NCBI GenBank assembly: GCA_021826685.1
Contig: JAKAYT010000004.1
Location: 9,462-73,461, forward strand
Length of the DNA stretch: 64,000 nucleotides
From: Thermoplasmata archaeon
GTDB lineage: Archaea; Thermoplasmatota; Thermoplasmata; Lutacidiplasmatales; UBA184
Reading direction: 5' to 3'
Shown: positions 60,004 to 64,000 of the stretch, piece after piece
Layout: each line of letters opens with the position of its first letter
How positions within the stretch are numbered: the stretch's first letter is position 1
Notes under the pieces: generated by a model
Databases searched by the model: none
Seen by the model: only the letters and a program-made list of their open reading frames with translations
What the model was told of the DNA's origin: nothing
Program-made: the position numbers and the translations under genes

Positions 60004-60546
60004 TCAGCTCGCGTACTCCTGCTCCCGCTCTCGAAGAATCTCGGTGCGACGGCGGTCGATCTGTTTGATCTCCGCTTGGATCCGCGCGGACTCTCCGCTC
60101 CCTGCTTCCGAGCGTCGCAGCCGATGCGTCGCCCGGCGGCGATCCCGTTCCAGCCTGTCGAGCTCTTGCATCAACACCCAGGGGTCCTCCTCGGGAGTCG
60201 CCTCCACGTGGGTGGGAGCGCCCGGGGGCCTTTCCCGAAACGCGCCGCGCGCCCATGCTACGAGGAAGGCAACGAGCCCGATTGCTCCTAGGAAAGCCTC
60301 GAGAGCCGGATCGGTCCAGTATGCCTGGAATCCGGACGGAGATGCGGCCAAGAGGACCTCGCCCGCTATCACGGACAGAGCGACGCTGACCACGAACGAG
60401 AGAGTAATCGTCTCAAGCAAGCGGAGGCGACGAAGGGGATGCAGGACCCTCCATTCGGGGAACGTCGCTCGCGTGACGCAGTATCCGGGAGCGAAAAAGA
60501 TCAGCGCGCCCGCTAGCGCCGCCTCGCCTACCGACGCTCCGTCCAT
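60004..60546 (-). CDS. membrane protein (3 TM helices plus C-terminal charged coiled-coil), DUF1616-like N-terminus (tentative)
   Basis: ALAGALIFFAPGYCV... helices, then DRLERDRRRATHRLRR...EIKQIDRRRTEILREREQEY. The ATG at 60546 is preferred over the TTG at 60657. Confidence 0.65.
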   Translation of the reverse strand: MDGASVGEAALAGALIFFAPGYCVTRATFPEWRVLHPLRRLRLLETITLSFVVSVALSVIAGEVLLAASPSGFQAYWTDPALEAFLGAIGLVAFLVAWARGAFRERPPGAPTHVEATPEEDPWVLMQELDRLERDRRRATHRLRRSEAGSGESARIQAEIKQIDRRRTEILREREQEYAS

Positions 60547-60566
60547 CTTCGCGTGCGCCCCTCTCC

Positions 60567-60574
60567 GTATTATC
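60567..60574 (-). promoter_or_regulatory. TATA-like box (minus strand GATAATAC) for a leaderless transcript starting at 60546
   Basis: Centred about 25 nt upstream of the ATG at 60546. Confidence 0.35.
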
Positions 60575-60688
60575 GTTCCCGTAGCGGAACCCCATAGAAG
60601 GCTTGTTGGTCCGCGCGAAAGGCTCCTCCGGGCCGATGAGCTACCGCCGAAGGTCAAGGGCGTCGCGAGCGTCCAATGCTATCTCGAT

Positions 60689-60700
60689 AAAGTATATATT
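60689..60700 (+). promoter_or_regulatory. TATA box candidate (AAAGTATATATT) for the substrate-binding-protein gene
   Basis: The strongest AT block in the spacer, about 58 nt upstream of the ATG at 60754. GGTGGG lies 9-14 nt before the ATG. Confidence 0.5.
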
Positions 60701-60753
60701 CCGTGTCCAGTTCGCCACTGCGTGGGCCTTGCCCTAATCGGTGGGAACATCGT

Positions 60754-63700
60754 ATGATTGAGAGAAAGTGGGTAACACACGCGACGGTGATTGCGGCCGT
60801 GGCCATCGCGCTCGTGATGCTGTTCAGCGTCATGCTGCCGATCGTCGGCGGCGGAGCGTCGGCATCGAGCGGAACGACCGCGGTCGGGAGTACGGCGATC
60901 GCCTCCACGGCGGCGGACGCAACGGTGGCGGCTTCGGCGAGTAGCGCCGCGCCCGCCCCCGCGAGCGCCACCGACACCTCTTGTCCTAATGCTAGCCCCC
61001 ACTGTGGAACTATGTATGTTTACGAGGTCGCTCCGGGCGGAGCGACAACGGAGGACCCCAACGTTCTTTACGATACTGTTAGCGAAGAGCCAGCCATGAA
61101 CGTCTTCCAGACGCTCGTCACGTATGCTGGGAACACGGTCAGCTCGTACGTTCCCGAGGCCGCGACCTGCGTGCCAGGAACTTCGGCGTGCACGAGCCTG
61201 TACGGCTCGAACCTGATCGTCGACAACGCGACGACCGGCGCCCCGCAGTACTACACGTTCGTGATCGGCCCCTCGCACTTCTACAACCCAAAGACGGGCG
61301 CCTCGTGGCAGATGTACCCGTCGGATGTCCTGTTCTCCGTCGCGCGCTCGCTGACGTTCTTCGAGTACCTCGGCGTGGGCTCTACCGGCGGATGGGATAT
61401 TGGCCAGACCTTGCTGAACCCGGGGAACCCGTCGTTCGATAGCGGTCTCCACTATCCATACAACAACACTCCTCAGCAGATCCTGCTGAACGCGATGTAC
61501 GTCAACGACACGGTGTACTGTCCCTCCTCGGCGATGACGGGCAGCAGCTTCGGTTGCATCACCTTCAACGTCAATGGCGGCGGCCAATCCTGGCCGTTCT
61601 TCATGGAAGCGATGACCCAGATCTTCTCCAGCGCAGCGATCATGCCGTGCGGCTGGTACACCGCTCAGGGCGCCGGCCTTCCTGGCTTTACCGTCAGCGC
61701 CGCTAGTGGGGATGGTCCGTGCCAGTTCGGGGGCTCCACCATCTCGTCCACCACATCCGCCTCGTTCGTCAGCGCGGTGACCGCGATGGGTCCTACTGCA
61801 TGGGATAAGACGGCCGAGCTCATGGCGAACTACCCGGCTCCGGACCCCCAGGTCCGTTTCAACATCGTCGGGAGCGGTCCGTACTACCTCTCCTACGAGC
61901 TTCCCTCGGTGGGTTACCAGCTCATCTCGAGCCCCGGGTACGTCCAGCCGAACTGCGCCGGCTTGGCGGGCTGCCAGCCGGCACCCGACTCCTACGCGAA
62001 CCACATCCTCGTTTACTGGGAGGCCACCGACACGCAGGGGATCCAAGAGTACGCGGCAGGTCAAGCCGACCTTGCCGGTATCTTCTCGACCGATACCCCG
62101 ACGATGCTCGCCCTAACGGCCCAAGGGAAGATCAACTACGAGTCGTTCAACACGTTGGCCATCTTCTTCTGGACGTTCACGCTGAACTTCAGCGCGTCCG
62201 GGATGGACACGTTCATCCCGAGCGGGGACACGTTCAACATCCCACAGACCTTCTTCGCGAACGAGGCGACACGCCAACTCTTGGTCAGCTCTTGGCCGTA
62301 CGAGGCATACCAGAGCACGATCAACACGGTGGATGGGGTCGTGTACGGAGAGCCGTACGGTGGCGTGATTCCGGCGGGAATGGGCAACTATCTCCCGACG
62401 AACATCACTTGGCCGTACAACAATCCCGCGGACTCGCCGCAGAACTACTCGAACCCGAGCATTGTGGGGTCGGCGGCATGGTGGTGGACGCAGGGAACGA
62501 CGGTTGGGTCGCCCTACTACAACGCCACGCTCGCGGCGTGCAAGGTGACGGCGTGCGTCTTCCCGGTCTTTGGTCAGCAAGGGAATCCCGGCCTTGACGA
62601 GGGTATCGCTCTGTGGATCAGCCAGATTGAGACCGCTACCGGGCACAAGCTCCTGCCCTACGATGTAGATTTGCCGTTCTTTACGGAAGTGGTGGCCTCT
62701 GTGTCGTCCGGGCCAGGCACGAACCCGATGGACTTCTACACCTTGGGTTGGATTCCGGACTATCCGGATCCGTCGAACAACATCGCAGCGATGGCGGCCG
62801 CGAACGGGACGTACACCTACAGTAGCTCGCTGTGGCAGACGTTCAACACGCCCTACTACATGTCGAGCACGTGCTCCGCCGTCGGGCAGGCCTACAACAC
62901 TTGGGGCGCCCTCGCCTACTGGGCGGCTCAGGCCTACCCGCCGAACGGGACGGGGATCGCCGGCGACTGCCAGGGCTGGGCGTACGACACCATGAGCTAC
63001 TGGATGACCGGCCCCACCCTACACGAGACGAACGTCACCCAGCGTATCCTCGAGTACAACATGGAAGAGCACATCCTGTCGGGGCTCGCCCTGAACGTCT
63101 ACTTCTCCCAGTCGACCCAGATCTACTCGGCGTCGACATGGGTGAACCTGAGCTCGATCAACACGAACGTGATGGTCGGAGGCGGCGGCGACCAGTACTG
63201 GTACGCGATCACCTTCCTGCCGAAGGCGTACACGATGAGCTTCACTCAGTCAGGGCTGCCCTCGGGAACCAGCTGGTCGGTCACCGCGGACGGAGCGACA
63301 CACACCACGACCTCTTCGACGATCTCGCTTTCGCTGGTTCCCGGGACGTACTCTTACACGGTCTCGCTGGTACCGGGCTACAAGGTTACGACCGCGATCA
63401 GCGGCCAGGTGACGTTGTCGACCAAGTCGGTCAACACGGCGATCGGGTTCTCGGCGACGACGACGACCGCCTACCCGGTCACGATCACGGAGATGGGACT
63501 CGTCTGGGGGACGCCGACATCGCTCCTGATTTCAAGCACGGGAGCTGTGGCATTGGCCGGTGGTAGCACGACGACGGTCAATCTACCGGTCGGGACGTAC
63601 GACTACATCGTGACCACACCCGCGGGGTACACTTCCGTGACGCCCGTGACCGGTAGCTTCACGGTGACGAACACCAGCCACCCGCTGGTTTCGCTGGGCT

Positions 63701-64000
63701 TCAAGTCGAGCAGCAGTCTGGTCACGATCGTGCCGGTGACGCTCCAGCTCTCGGGAGGCGATGTTGCTGCAGGATTCAACGCACAGGTCACCGGGTTCGC
63801 GGATTCCGCGTATCCGAACAGCACGGCGGGCTCATCGATGACATTCTGGGAGATCTCCGGTGGCACGATGAGCTACTCGGCGATGGCCGGTGCGACGCTT
63901 GGGCCGGACAGCTTCCAGTACGGGATGGTGACGGGAACGGTGAGCGTGGGAAGCGGTCCGACGGTCGCGAACATCACCTTCACCGCGCTTCCGATCCCGA
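60754..64000 (+). CDS. ABC transporter substrate-binding protein, family 5 (Opp/Dpp type), N-terminally anchored, with C-terminal repeated beta-modules; 3' end lies outside the window
   Basis: Absent from the ORF track because no stop is reached. I translated frame 1 (position mod 3 = 1) codon by codon over 60754 to about 61390 and 62041-64000 and found no stop. For the stretch in between, the support is indirect: no other long plus-strand ORF is listed in that frame. Starts MIERKWVTHATVIAAVAIALVMLF (anchor). Has a YDTVSEEPAMNVFQTLVTY-type motif and the family-5 signature LGWIPDYPDPSNN. From about 63225 there are repeated modules (YTMSFTQSGLPSGTSWSV...). Confidence 0.85.
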   Translation, partial: MIERKWVTHATVIAAVAIALVMLFSVMLPIVGGGASASSGTTAVGSTAIASTAADATVAASASSAAPAPASATDTSCPNASPHCGTMYVYEVAPGGATTEDPNVLYDTVSEEPAMNVFQTLVTYAGNTVSSYVPEAATCVPGTSACTSLYGSNLIVDNATTGAPQYYTFVIGPSHFYNPKTGASWQMYPSDVLFSVARSLTFFEYLGVGSTGGWDIGQTLLNPGNPSFDSGLHYPYNNTPQQILLNAMYVNDTVYCPSSAMTGSSFGCITFNVNGGGQSWPFFMEAMTQIFSSAAIMPCGWYTAQGAGLPGFTVSAASGDGPCQFGGSTISSTTSASFVSAVTAMGPTAWDKTAELMANYPAPDPQVRFNIVGSGPYYLSYELPSVGYQLISSPGYVQPNCAGLAGCQPAPDSYANHILVYWEATDTQGIQEYAAGQADLAGIFSTDTPTMLALTAQGKINYESFNTLAIFFWTFTLNFSASGMDTFIPSGDTFNIPQTFFANEATRQLLVSSWPYEAYQSTINTVDGVVYGEPYGGVIPAGMGNYLPTNITWPYNNPADSPQNYSNPSIVGSAAWWWTQGTTVGSPYYNATLAACKVTACVFPVFGQQGNPGLDEGIALWISQIETATGHKLLPYDVDLPFFTEVVASVSSGPGTNPMDFYTLGWIPDYPDPSNNIAAMAAANGTYTYSSSLWQTFNTPYYMSSTCSAVGQAYNTWGALAYWAAQAYPPNGTGIAGDCQGWAYDTMSYWMTGPTLHETNVTQRILEYNMEEHILSGLALNVYFSQSTQIYSASTWVNLSSINTNVMVGGGGDQYWYAITFLPKAYTMSFTQSGLPSGTSWSVTADGATHTTTSSTISLSLVPGTYSYTVSLVPGYKVTTAISGQVTLSTKSVNTAIGFSATTTTAYPVTITEMGLVWGTPTSLLISSTGAVALAGGSTTTVNLPVGTYDYIVTTPAGYTSVTPVTGSFTVTNTSHPLVSLGFKSSSSLVTIVPVTLQLSGGDVAAGFNAQVTGFADSAYPNSTAGSSMTFWEISGGTMSYSAMAGATLGPDSFQYGMVTGTVSVGSGPTVANITFTALPIP

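Noticed and set aside
60657-60657. The TTG at 60657 as the start of the DUF1616-like membrane protein
   Set aside because: The 37 extra residues are Ser/Arg/Gly-rich. The ATG at 60546 is preceded by a TATA-like box at leaderless spacing, and the protein then begins at its first TM helix.
60679-62064. 461-aa minus-strand ORF
   Set aside because: It is antisense to the unlisted plus-strand binding-protein gene, which has an anchor, family-5 motifs and native codon bias.

Overview
This is a dense, high-G+C archaeal chromosomal segment, with about 60 genes and mostly 0-100 nt spacers. Many adjacent genes show 4-nt ATGA/GTGA start/stop overlaps.

The gene content is unmistakably archaeal:
- aCPSF1, rpoH-rpoB-rpoA1-rpoA2-rpl30e-nusA, RtcB, PriL and exosome Csl4
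- Pth2, a Dph6-like ATPase, a Fap7-like kinase, ATP-dependent DNA ligase and archaeal-type RibB/RibL/RibC/RibH

An unsplit rpoB plus a 16S rRNA gene with no linked 23S, 5S or tRNA-Ala suggests a Thermoplasmatota-like euryarchaeon. That placement is inference only, since no search was possible.

Other housekeeping content:
- purE, purS, purL, guaA (subunit B), alaS, nth, a folC-like gene, glyA and rpe
- the methylmalonyl-CoA mutase catalytic subunit
- a birA + 12S + 5S + 1.3S transcarboxylase-like cluster

Accessory content:
- a very large S53 (sedolisin) surface protease with a membrane anchor and a cytosolic zinc-ribbon tail
- an Opp/Dpp-type ABC transporter whose binding-protein gene runs off the 3' end of the window and is missing from the ORF track
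- an intact IS630-family element with recognisable terminal inverted repeats and flanking TA
- a decayed IS110-family transposase fragment, next to about 750 bp of unexplained sequence

The most unusual observation is a tRNA-Lys(UUU) gene at 20980-21122. It is interrupted by two non-canonical bulge-helix-bulge (BHB) introns, one in the D-loop and one in the T-loop, and has none at the canonical 37/38 site.

All functional calls come from reading motifs in the translations by eye. No BLAST, HMM or RNA-folding runs were possible. Long Arg/Pro/Gly-rich ORFs lying antisense or out of frame to real genes were treated as high-GC artefacts.
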